DNA of 64,000 bases, taken from Vicugna vicugna (lineage: Eukaryota). The notes under the pieces were generated by a model, which made no database searches, was not told the origin of the DNA, and worked only from the letters and a program-made list of their open reading frames with translations. Shown here piece after piece: positions 12,690 through 22,871 of the stretch; position 1 is the first letter of the stretch; each line of letters opens with the position of its first letter. Location of the stretch: positions 474,608 to 538,607 of the forward strand of contig MU057584.1 in the NCBI GenBank assembly GCA_013265495.1, written 5' to 3'. Position numbers and translations under genes: made by a program.

Positions 12690-13260
12690 TTGCCCCATCT
12701 GTAAACAGAAACTCCTGTAGCTGAGTGGAGGACCAGATCAGCAAAGCAAAGTTGTCATTCTGTTCTGAGGGTGGAGAGGGGGAAAGCAGACATCTAGGGG
12801 GTTGTGTGGGAAGCACTGGGCTCACGGAGGAGGAAGCCGGTGTCTGGGAAGGCTGCTGGGGGCTGACGAGCTGGAAGCACTGAGCTGGCCAAAAGGCTGT
12901 TGCAATCCTGCCAAGGTAGTGTCTGTGCTTCCTTCTCACAACCACCCCCCTCAGCCCAAGACAGACACGTGGTTGTTGGGGCACTAGGCCAGCCAACCTA
13001 GAGTCTGGGGCCAGGGCCACCCTCTCCCAGCTGCCAGGGATCACTAGCAGTCAAAGGCAGCTGAGAGGATGGGAGCAGGCATTGGATGGCAGCCCTGGGG
13101 GCTTGATCTGGTGGAAGGGAAAAGGGGCGGGTGCATGGTGTTAGGAGGGGCCCAGTGGGTGAATGAAAGCAGATGGAGTGTTTCCAGGGAACCTGGAGGC
13201 TTGGAGAGTTGGGGAGCAGAGAGAAAGGGGCTGCTGGTGGAATGGACAGAAGGGTGCACA
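12690..13260 (+). promoter_or_regulatory. Probable orthologue of the APOE multienhancer (ME), with a DR4-like LXR element at 13038-13053
   Basis: CAGCTGCCAG-GGATCA-CTAG-CAGTCA-AAGGCAGCTG resembles the human ME LXRE context (GGGTCA-CTGG-CGGTCA, recalled). Position between APOE and APOC1 fits. Boundaries approximate. Confidence 0.6.
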
Positions 13261-13289
13261 TTGTGAACCTTGCACCTGAGGTTTTGTAC

Positions 13290-13426
13290 TTTTAGGGGGG
13301 AGGGGGTGGTAATTAGATTTACTTGTTTGTTTGTTTGTTAATTATTTTAATGGAGGTACTGGGGATTGAACCCAGGACCTCATGCATGCTAAACATGCGC
13401 TCTGTCACTGAGCTCTACCCTCCCTC
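13290..13426 (-). mobile_element. tRNA(Ala)-derived SINE (Vic-1 type)
   Basis: Same tRNA-like head on the minus strand with an (AAAC)n / A-rich tail. Confidence 0.8.
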
Positions 13427-13650
13427 CATGCACTTTTGACAAGTTGAAGAGACCCTCTCCAAAAGGGAGATTGGGGGCTGTGAAATTAAGACCCCAGAGA
13501 GCATCCAGGGAGGCCTAAGAGTCTTCCAGATGCAGAAAGATGGGGGAATAGAACGGCTAGTCTGAAAGTGACTGGAGGTGGCCGTGAGATAGGTAAATGT
13601 GTGGAGGCAGACTGTATGACCCCAGAGTCCTGGAGTATGAGTTATTTGAG

Positions 13651-13737
13651 GCAGGCAGGTAATAGCTCAGTGGTAGAGCACATGCTTAGCATGCACAAGG
13701 TCCTGGGTTTTATCCTCAGTAGCTCCATTAAAAAAAA
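13651..13737 (+). mobile_element. tRNA(Ala)-derived SINE with 11-bp target-site duplication
   Basis: TAGCTCAGTGGTAGAGCACATGCTTAGCATGCACAAGGTCCTGGGTT plus poly(A), flanked by AGTTATTTGAG at 13640 and 13738. Confidence 0.85.
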
Positions 13738-14246
13738 AGTTATTTGAGCTGAAGGGGCCTGTTAAGAAGGGGGAGGGGATGATAGAGGTGGCCTGGGGAC
13801 ACAGTGTGAATTAGTTACTCAGTTACTGAGAGACTTACTGAGAGACCCCCTGAGGCTGGAGAAGGGTCTTAAGCAGGAGAGCCCTCTAAGGGATCATGGC
13901 CACAGGGAGAGGGAGAAGGCTGTCCCCTGAATGGGGAAGACACCATGGCAGCCTGAGGTCCCCAACAGTCAGGGAAATTTGGAGGTGCAGGTGCTGTACA
14001 TCAAGATGCTTTTGGCCTAAGTCTTCAGGCCTATGTCCCACCTGATCCCCACAGCCACCAGGGAGGGGTGGGGAGGAGGAGGTAGGTGGGTACAGGGAGG
14101 CAGGTGAGGCTTAAGGGGAGGAAGACTGACCTTACCTGACTCCCCCCGCCATCAAAAAGGCCCCGGGCCAGGCTAGGTCCTGTCACCTGTGCTGTCCTCA
14201 GAGCCCAGAAGGAAATCGGAGAGTGCTGCTCTGGCCCCATCCCAAC

Positions 14247-16276
14247 CTAAGGCTAATTCTGTCACTCCCGGTCCTGCTGGTGGCTCTCTGCATGGTTTTG
14301 AAAGGTGAAAATGGGATGGGAGACTGAGAGTTTGAGATTTGGGAAGGTGAGGCTACCTTGGGCCTGAGATGCAGGCTTAGAGGACCCTTGAGAACTCTGG
14401 GGTCCCTTCTGTACCCTGGTTCCCACAAAGTCCACCAGTCGCCCTCACTTCCACCCTCCCAGTCATGTCTCAGAGTTCTCTAAAGCCAGGTCCAGTGTGT
14501 GTCAGTCTGCCCAGGGGAGCCCTAGTAACCAATGACGTGTCCATTCTAGCCCTCTGGGATTGGCTGTCTTGCTTTTACCTCCTGGAAAGGGCTGGGGAAC
14601 TGGTCCAGTGCTGAGTAAGGCAATTCTCAGCATCTTTCAAGCCCCATCTGGTGCCTCCAGTACCGTCTCCTGCATTCTAACACCATGACCCCCAAGAATC
14701 ACATTCAAAGGTCTCCTTTCCCATCCCCAGAATCTCATCCCAAGGGCTCCCAATACTGAAGGTTTTGTACCCGTGTCCCTTTTCTGGGCAGGCCTAGCCC
14801 CTGCCCAGGCCTCATCAGCTTTTTGGACCACATCCCGATCCTCAGAAAGTTGGCAAAGTTTGGAAAACCCCACGAGATGACTCAGGGTGTCGTTGGCACC
14901 ATCAAAAATAGCAAAGTTCCTCTGAAGGCTACATAAGGACCCTCTCCAGGGTAAGGGAAGGCTGGGGTGTATGGACTTACACATTGGGATAACTAAAGTC
15001 AGGAGAGGCTGACAAAGTCCCTGAGGTCACACGGCTGGTCCTTAGATCTCAGGGTGCTCAGACATGGGGGACAGGTTCCCTGACTCCCATTCAGACACAG
15101 TGTAGAGATGGTCCTGGGTGGTGGTGAAAAACCCAAGCATGGGAGTCACGGTCCACAGGCAGACCTGTGTCCTCAGGCTGGCAAAGACCCACTGCTCCCT
15201 GTGTGATCATGTGCCTCAGTTTTCTCATCTGCAAAATAGGTGCTCTGAGGGGAAATAAACTAGAGGAACTTCGTAGTGCCTGACATCTGGTAAATACTCA
15301 ATACATTCAACTGGAAGTTAGCTGTTGAGTTAGAGGATCATTCATGACTGAATATTATGGAGCATCCACTAACTGCCAGGAACTGTTCCAAGGTGGGGAA
15401 TGACAGAAATGAACAGGATAAAGTCCCAGCTCATGGGGAGCTGACATTCTGCAGGGGAGAGAGGAAGGAGGAGAGAACACACTATAAACCCGTATATTTT
15501 CAAGAAATTAGTCCAGCTAGATCCAAATACTGAGAGGACAATAAACAGGGCAGGTGTAAACAAGGCAGGATGGAGTAGGGGCTTTTGCAGACTTGGTGAC
15601 TGGATCTTGGAAAAGGAGACACTTTCAATCCAGATCTTAATGATTAGGAAAATCCAGCCAGGCCAAGGGCAGCTTGTTTCCTGGGAGGGTGAGTGCAAAG
15701 GCCCTGAGGCAGGAGTACATAAAGTACCTAAAGGAGAGGGAGGCATTCCAGGCAAGGAAACAACCCAGTCAAGGACTGGGAGACTGGAAATTGCCCTTGA
15801 GGAAGTAGGGGACAGCTAGGGTGAGAGCAGGCTTGGTAGCAAGAGATGGCAAGCCTTGAAAGCCAGGCCAGGGTGAGGTGTTGTGACTTCAAGGTGCTCA
15901 TCTGGGAAATAGGCACAGAAGTTGGGGGCACCCAGCCTAGGGCTCCTCCTAATCCCACAGACAGGGTCCACCCTGCTGTTTTCTTGGGGGAAGGGGATAA
16001 TCAGGCAGTCAGGTATAGGGGAGGATTTGGGCATCCTGCAAAGAGGCAAAACACAGTCATCCCTGCTCCACTTCTCTCTATAGAAACTGGTTTTTGAAAA
16101 CCATCTTCCAAGTCTAGCAGGTATTTCAGAAAAAAAGAACCTCCTGAGCACCAGGAGGTCCACCTCTCTCCTCTGGGTCTGTGCTCTGGGAGGGCTCTCT
16201 AAAGTTTCGCACACCATGGACTCTGGATGGATGACTCCATGAAGTGCCATATCACCCCCGCCCACCAAACAATAAA
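14247..16276 (+). pseudogene. APOC1: Apolipoprotein C-I unitary pseudogene (exon remnants 14247-14304, 14792-~14932, 16084-16276)
   Basis: First remnant reads (CTA)RLILSLPVLLVALCMVLK-G, 58 nt to the GT donor, with ATG replaced by CTA. Second reads GLAPAQA, then frameshifts (other frame ...LDHIP..RKLAKFGK...TIKNSKVPLK), with TGA at 14878 and no GT at the expected donor. Third reads NWFLKTIFQV*; AATAAA at 16271. Confidence 0.9.
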
Positions 16277-16451
16277 AATTGTAGAGAGAATTCTGAGTGC
16301 TTCTTTGCTGCGTGGCCAGGGCTATCTGACAGGGTGGGGGCTGTGCCTTTGGGGAAGGGCAGCAAGGACACAATGGATTGAGTATTGTCTACTTGCTCTG
16401 TGTTGAGGACTTTGAACTTCATCATCTTAAAAGAATCCTCATAAGAAACTT

Positions 16452-16580
16452 GGGGGAGGACATAGCTCAGCGGTAGAGTGCATGCTCAGTGTGCATGAGG
16501 TCCTGGGTTCAATCCCCAGTGCCTCCATTAAATAAATAAATAAATAAGCCTAATTACCCCACCAAAAAAACTAAAAAAAA
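16452..16580 (+). mobile_element. tRNA(Ala)-derived SINE (Vic-1 type)
   Basis: tRNA-like head, (TAAA)n, CCTAATTACC motif and A tail. Confidence 0.8.
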
Positions 16581-16589
16581 AGTGGAAGA

Positions 16590-17040
16590 TAGCCCCCTCA
16601 AAATACCCATCAATTGATGAATGGATAGATAAATCCATAGTGTATGTGTGACCATGTATATATACACACACACACAGTGGAATATTTTTCAGCCATAAAA
16701 AGGAACAGAGCACAGACACATGCTACAGCATAGATGAACCATAAAAATGAAGTGAAAGAAGCCAGTCACAAATGACCGTATATTATACGATTCTATTCAC
16801 AAGCAATGTCCAGAACTGGGAGACAGAAAGCAGATTAGTGGTTGTCTTGCTGTGGAGAAGGGGCTGGGAGTAAGTGCCAGGGGGTGTGGGGTTTCCTTTT
16901 GGGATGATGAAATGTTCTGGAATTAGATAATGGTGATGGCTAAAAACTTAGCAAATAGATCAAAAATCATTGAATTGTGCATCTTAAAAGGGTGACTATT
17001 ATGGTATGTGCAAATCTCAATATAAAAAAAATGAATGAAT
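16590..17040 (+). mobile_element. Old L1 3'-end fragment
   Basis: CCCATCAATTGATGAATGGATAGATAAA...GGAATATTTTTCAGCCATAAAAAGGAA...GATGATGAAATGTTCTGGAATTAGATA, typical of L1M 3' UTRs. Confidence 0.65.
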
Positions 17041-17299
17041 GGAAATCTTACAGACAAAGGCAGAAAGAAGAGATGAAGAAGGGGACATTCCAACCTCTCT
17101 TCCACCCCAGACTTCCCTGACAACCCAAAGCAGCCAGGGAGGGGAGTGGTGAGGGATGCCAGAAGGGAGGTGGGTACAGGGACTCAGGGGAGAGGGGATG
17201 GGGTCTGGACTGGGACAGGGACCCTGGTGTGAAAAGAAAGATTGATTTGGGAGTCTGATGATCTTGCAGACACAGATATGTGGGCTCAGAGATGCTCTC

Positions 17300-17645
17300 T
17301 GGCTCCAGACACACACGCTAGGGTCTCAGACCCCACTGCTCCCACCCCCAACCCCCTCCTTGTGACCTCTCTGCCCCCACCCACCACCTGGAGTTGTTTT
17401 TGAGCTGCCTCTGAGGTCCATCCTGAACGACCTTCAGCCTGTTCCTGCCCTGGATAACAGAGATGAGCAAACATTGCAAACAGCAAACAGCTCATGCTGA
17501 CCTTGGAGCTGGGGCAGGGTCAGTGACCTTCCCTCCTCTTCCCCCCACCTCCTCCAACCCCGGCCCTGCTTCAGCCTCTCTCTTACCCTGTAGGATCCAG
17601 TCGGGAGGTGAGGGCGGTTGTCCTGGCTTGGCTGTAGTGTGAAAA
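17300..17645 (+). promoter_or_regulatory. Hepatic control region (HCR) of the APOE/C1/C4/C2 cluster, single copy
   Basis: GCTGCCTCTGAGGTCCA..CTGAAC..CTTCAGCCT, clustered FOXA-type GCAAACA motifs (17467-17489) and GCTGACCTTGGAGCTGGGGCAGGGTCAG closely match the human HCR-1 core as recalled. Confidence 0.85.
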
Positions 17646-18139
17646 AGCTGGATTCAAATTCACCACTTGCTGGCTGGGAAGCCCCACCGCCTACAGCCTC
17701 AGTTTCTTCATCTGTAAAATGAGAATGAAAAAGATGCCCACTTCATAGGGCTGGAGCAAGTTAATTCAATGAGTTAATGCACTAAGGCCCTGCCAGGGAG
17801 CCTGATGCATGGTGAGAGCTCAGGGAACACAGGCTTTATAAACAGCAGCTGGGGTTGACAGAGGGGCTTCGCACCGTGTCTGGTGTGGCTCACTGCGTGC
17901 TTTACATACGATCTGCTTTACTCTCCTGGGTAGGTACCTAGTCCATGTCTCTGGTTCCTGGATGGAGAAACAGGCCCAGAGACATTAAGCAAGGGGTACC
18001 AGGTCACACAGTAGGAAGGAGGTAGAGCCAGACTCTGAACCCAACACCACGCTGCTTCTCATAACACCATGCAAGGTGGGGTTTTTTCTTTTTTCTTTTT
18101 TATTATGGTAAAATACATAACATAAAGTTTACCATTTTT

Positions 18140-18304
18140 TAATTTTTAAAATTTATTTATTTATTTATTTATTTATTTTTTGGTGGTGAGGAAGGTAATT
18201 AGGTTTATTTATTTATTTAAATTTGGAGGAGGTACTGGGGATGGAATCTAGGACCTTGTGTATGCTAAACACGCACTCTACCAATGAACTATACCCTCCC
18301 CCCT
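18140..18304 (-). mobile_element. tRNA(Ala)-derived SINE nested in an old L1 fragment
   Basis: Minus-strand head plus (TTTA)n, flanked by ACCATTTTT on both sides within L1-like sequence. Confidence 0.75.
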
Positions 18305-18582
18305 CATTTTAACCATTTTTAGGTGTAAGGTTCACTGGCATTAAGTACATTCACAATCTCGTGCAACCATCATCACTACCCATTTCTGGAACGTTTTCAT
18401 CATTCCAAACAGAAACTCCTGGAGGTTTTATTTTGCTGATTATTGTCGGTGAGGAACTCCAGGAAACATTCATTGAGCACCTACTGTATGCCAGAGCCCA
18501 CGCTGGGGCCACTAGAATGGACAGCATTCTGCTGGAAGCCTCTGGGTCCATTCTGTACGGTCGCCCAGGTTGTGGCCAAGGA

Positions 18583-18754
18583 GGGGTTGTCAGATTCACC
18601 ACCTGAAAAGACAGGATGCCTGGCGGGATTTCAGATACACAAGAAATAATTTTTAGTGTAATTCCCAAATATTGCATGGGACATATTTATACTAAAAAAT
18701 ACTCATTACTTAGAAATTCAAATGTCACTGCGTGTGTTTTATCTTGTAACCTGA
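18583..18754. mobile_element. MER53-like palindromic hAT MITE
   Basis: GGGTTGTCAGAT...ATCTTGTAACC termini, with an internal inverted repeat around TTTTTAGT...CCCAAATATTGCATGGGAC...ACTAAAAA. Confidence 0.65.
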
Positions 18755-19922
18755 GACCAAGGAATCTGGCCCATGGTCCCCTGGCTAAACTGTGCACCCT
18801 GGCTTATGGCTGGGTCCTCTAGGAGAAAAAGACTCATTTTTATTCTGTCTGGTAGTTGGCCTGACCCTGATGTTGGCAACCTCCTACTATGTGGGCCTGG
18901 AGCTTTCCTTCACAGGGTGTCACCCAGCCTTCACGTGAACTCCATTACGCTTGTTACCAGCCCCATTTTACAAATGAAAACATTGAGCCCAGATAAAAGA
19001 GTCTTTTTGCCCAGGTCACGTGGTGAAGACATGTGTGGACCTGTAGCCCAGTGGCCAAGGGATCTTAGAGACAGAAGAAACAATAACAAAAAGCTGCGAT
19101 CTTCGAGCACCTAAATTACCTGGGTCCACGTTGAGAACTTCCTTTGTAATCACATCATTCAATTAACGTCCTAAAAAAAAAAAATATGGATTGTGGGCCC
19201 ATTTTACAGAGGAGGAAGCTGAGGCCTAAAAGCAAGGCTGTCACATGAAGTGGGATCAGGATTTGAATCCAGCTCAGCCCAGAAGGCCAAAGAGCCTCCT
19301 GCCTTCCCCAGTCAGGTTAGGGTGCTGGGAGAGTAGGAAGGAGGAAGGAAGGAGACCAGCAGGGGAGAGCATGGCCTCTGACTGTCACTGTCACCTGGGC
19401 CCCCCTCTCTTTGATGTCCCTGCCAAGGGGCAGGCGGAGGTGGCCAGGGGAGGGCTCTGCTCAGTGCAGCTGCCCCCTCCCCCAACCTGGAGTGCTGAGC
19501 ACAGAGGGACAGAGGGACAGAGCCCCCAGAAATGTCGTTCTCTGGGCCCAGCACCCCCTCTGCTTCTGCATTCTGGTCCTGGCCTGTGTTGTGGGTGAGG
19601 AGCCAGTCAGCGGGTGTGGGGACCGCATAGCAACAGATGCGTCTGGGAGTGGGTGTCATGGGAGACAGTGTGTGAAAATGGTACACTTGCAGGGTCAGTT
19701 CAGATGCTGGGGGTCATGAACATGCACTTGTGCGTGTGAGCGGAAGAGAATGCAGTTATGGGAAACGTGTGTGTCCATGAACATGCATGTGTATCCGTGT
19801 GTGCACATGTGAGTCTTTATGGGGTATTTATGCAAAAGATTTTAGGGTCTGGAAACATGGAAGGGTGTCTGTGTGTATTGGGATGTGAGCATGTCTGGGT
19901 TCTGCACATAAGTTTAAAATGT

Positions 19923-20018
19923 AGGGTACAGCTCAGGGGTAGAGTGCATGCTTAGCAGGCACGAGGTCCTGGGTTCAATCCCCAGTACCTCCACTTAAAA
20001 AAATTAAATAAAAATAAA
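19923..20018 (+). mobile_element. tRNA(Ala)-derived SINE in APOC4 intron 1
   Basis: tRNA-like head with A tail, flanked by TAAAATGT. Confidence 0.75.
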
Positions 20019-20906
20019 ATGTTAACACTTATATAGTGCCTATGACATGCATGAAACCAGCCCAAGTGCCTTATAATTGGTAACTCTGAACACTCACAAT
20101 AACTCTATGAGGTAGGTCCTATCAACCCATCGTATAGAAGGGGAAACTGAGTCTTGAAGAGGTTAAGTCATTAGGTTAGGGTACACCAGAGATCACATGG
20201 ATGCCTCTGTACATGTGTGTACACATGCACCCCTGTGATGGCTGGTCTCTGTGGGTGAGGCTTTGCCCGGGTGCTTGAGTGCTGGACAGACAGGTGTGTG
20301 CGATTCCTGGCAGAACCCCTGGCCCAGCAGCCCGGCACATGGCCTTGTTCACATCCATCCCTGCGGGCAGGAAGTCCTCCTGTGCTCTCCCTCACTGCCT
20401 GCAGCGGTAGCTCAGACCACGTAGGGGTCACAGGAGAGCTGAGCGGGCAGCAAGATCAGGCAGTGAGGGAGGCATCAGGAGGGGGCGAAGGGGCAGAGAG
20501 GCGATGGTACAGACTCAGAACATCACAGGCAGACAAGGAGGGGACGGGGCCAGGGTCTCGGGCACAGAGGCTGAAAGGTGATGACCGATAGCAGAAGCGG
20601 GGCTAGTGGTCAGAGGGACATATAAAGCGGTGAGAGGACTGGCAAGGGACCACAGGAGTGTCAGTGACAGTGAGCATAGAGGGAAAGGCAGGTGGGAGGG
20701 TGCTGGGGCCCAGCTGTCCCACACTGCCCTCTGGTCCCATCCAGTAGGCCAGCAAGAAGCGACTGGGGCATCCCCAAGCCCCCCACCAGAGACCTCGAGT
20801 AGTTCCTGGAGCCTGGTTCCCGGCAAGGTGAAGGAGTGGATGGAGCTGCTGGTGACCAGACCCAGAGAGAGGTGGCCGTGGTTCTGGTGAGTGTGTGCAA
20901 AAGGAG

Positions 20907-21012
20907 GCTTGGGGGCTGGACTCCTGGGTCTGACAGAGGAGGGGCTGGGGATCTGGGTCTGAGGGAGGAGGAGGGGCTGGGGGCCTGGGCTCCAGGGTCT
21001 GAGGGAGGAGGA
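20907..21012 (+). repeat. MSR1-like ~36-bp minisatellite (about 3 units) in APOC4 intron 2
   Basis: Repeated GGGGGC(C)TGGACTCCTGGGTCTGAGGGAGGAG units. Related degenerate copies occur at ~4366-4440, and on the opposite strand at ~23280-23545 and ~25545-25670. Confidence 0.65.
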
Positions 21013-21764
21013 GCAGACGAACTCCAGGGAGCAGGAGGGGGTGGGGTTGGGGAGGGCTAGAGGGTAAGGGCTGAGAGCAGGGACTCCTGAATCAGAGGGA
21101 GGAAGACGTGAATGGGGCAGAAGTCTTGGGGAGGTGGCTGGAGGTCTCAACTGTGATGTCCCCTCCCTGACAGGGGCCTCGGGGCCTTCCAGGGCTTTGT
21201 GCAGACTTACTTTGAAGACCACCTGAAAGACTTGGCTTCCCGCACCCAGGCCTGGCTCCACAGCTCCAAGGACAGCCTCCTGAACAAGGCTCACAACCTG
21301 TGTCCCCAGCTGTTCTGCGAGAAAGGCAACCAAGATTAAAGTGTTCACAGCCTCAGCAATAAAGAAATTCTCTGTGTCCCTGTCCCAGTCCCTCCCCAAC
21401 TTGGCCAGAGATAATTTCACCCCATCCACCCTCAAAGATTAAGGAATAGAGGAAGTAACATGTGGCAGGGAACCACAGTAGGGGTTGGGGGATTGGGGGA
21501 AGGAGTCGGGGTTGCGGGGGATGACCCCTCAGGCTTGTTTGGGGGGCAGGGACTTCAGGCTTCTCAGTTTGGGATGGAGGGTGAAGAACTGGAGAGCAGG
21601 CAGCTCCCCACAGCAGCTCCTCCTTCAGAGCTCTGCCCTCACTTCCCACAGGATGGAGACACCCAGACCTCATTCCTGGTGGGCACCCAGTACCCCAATC
21701 TCGCCACAGCTCCCTACTCAGCCTGTCTCCCTCAGCGGTGAATTTTCCAAGTAGGGGCTCCCTG

Positions 21765-21957
21765 TGGCTTGACCTCAGGAATGTCACTGTCCTCTGCCCC
21801 CATGCCACCCCCCCAGCCGTTCTGTTGGCCAGGACTTTGGCCAAGGCCTCGAGGTTGTGGGGGGGTGGCTCTGGAGGACAGAGCTATAAAGAGCTCAAGA
21901 GCTATAAAGGCTTTCTCTGTCCGTGTGGAGCTGGTGCAGACAGCCTGCCAGAGTCCG
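21765..21957 (+). promoter_or_regulatory. APOC2: APOC2 promoter and non-coding exon 1
   Basis: TGACCT nuclear-receptor half-site at ~21770, HNF4-type GGACTTTG at ~21832, TATAAA at 21885 and 21903, exon 1 donor GTAAGA at 21958. Confidence 0.8.
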
Positions 21958-22476
21958 GTAAGAGAGGGATGGAAATGTGGGGCGGGGGGCAGCAGGGAGG
22001 GGGCCAAGACTGTTAAATCAGAAACCACGAGAGTCAAGATGTTAGATTCCAGTATTGGAATCATGGGATGTAGAATCGTAGAATGTTTACCTGTGCCAAT
22101 CCCCCTCCTGGGTCAGATCTCAACCTCCTTGCTACAGTCTCCTTATCTCCAAAATGTGGATGGTAATATGGTGATCTGAGCACTGTTGTCACTGACAGCG
22201 CCTCCCTTATGCGGTTGGGATCACGACAAAGTGATCGAACGCGTTAAAACAGGGCCCAGCACAGAGGAAATACTGTCATTCAAGTGGCGGCTCTTAATCA
22301 AGTCCGTGGCATGTGCCCCTGTACCGATTGGATTGGGTCTTAGCATCACTGTTACCCCCTGCTGAGGCTTTTTCAAGATACAAAACACACCCTCCTCCCT
22401 CCAGAGGGGTGTGACAGGCTCTTTACTTCACTCACTTAATACTTGTTAATTGCATTTCTCTCTTATGTCGGTGTCT

Positions 22477-22566
22477 TCTTTTTTTTTTTTAATGGAGATG
22501 ATGTAGATTGAACCCAGGACTTCAGGCATGCTAAGCACACGCTCTACCACTGAGCTATACCCTTCC
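22477..22566 (-). mobile_element. tRNA(Ala)-derived SINE in APOC2 intron 1
   Basis: Poly(T) followed by the reverse complement of the head; ATGTCGG flanks. Confidence 0.75.
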
Positions 22567-22871
22567 CTTCGCATGTCGGCTTCTTAAGGGGAGGGCCAAT
22601 GCTGTGTTCATGGCTGGGCCCAGAACTGTGCTTGGTGCATAGTAGGTGCTGAAGAAATTCTTGAATGAATGAGTGTTAGAATTAAGATGTTAAAATCAGG
22701 AGTAGCATCATAGAATGTTAGGAAGTGAGGCCCAAGTTAAGTCATAAGGAACTTGATTCAGGTGGAGAGAGGGGGTTCCCAGGCCTGGATCCCTGAGTGC
22801 ATGTTCCCTGGAATACATGTTCCAGCGGCCCTGCCTCATGCCTGCTTTAATGTTCCAGGTCTCCTGACGCC

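Larger units (their letters stand above)
19532..21339 (+). pseudogene. APOC4: Apolipoprotein C-IV (exons 19532-19594, 20745-20886, 21174-21339). Exon 1 is frameshifted from the orthologous ATG; exons 2-3 are open. Functional status uncertain.
   Basis: Exon 2 reads [48 protein letters not shown]. Exon 3 reads [60 protein letters not shown] at 21358. ATG to donor is 63 nt (phase 0) but exon 2 needs phase 1, and the signal core LCFCILVLACVV is out of frame with the ATG. Gene identity is firm; the pseudogene label is less so. Confidence 0.75.

Noticed and set aside
20515..21435. 306-aa minus-strand ORF
   Set aside because: Antisense to APOC4 exons 2-3 and the G-rich minisatellite; not protein-like.
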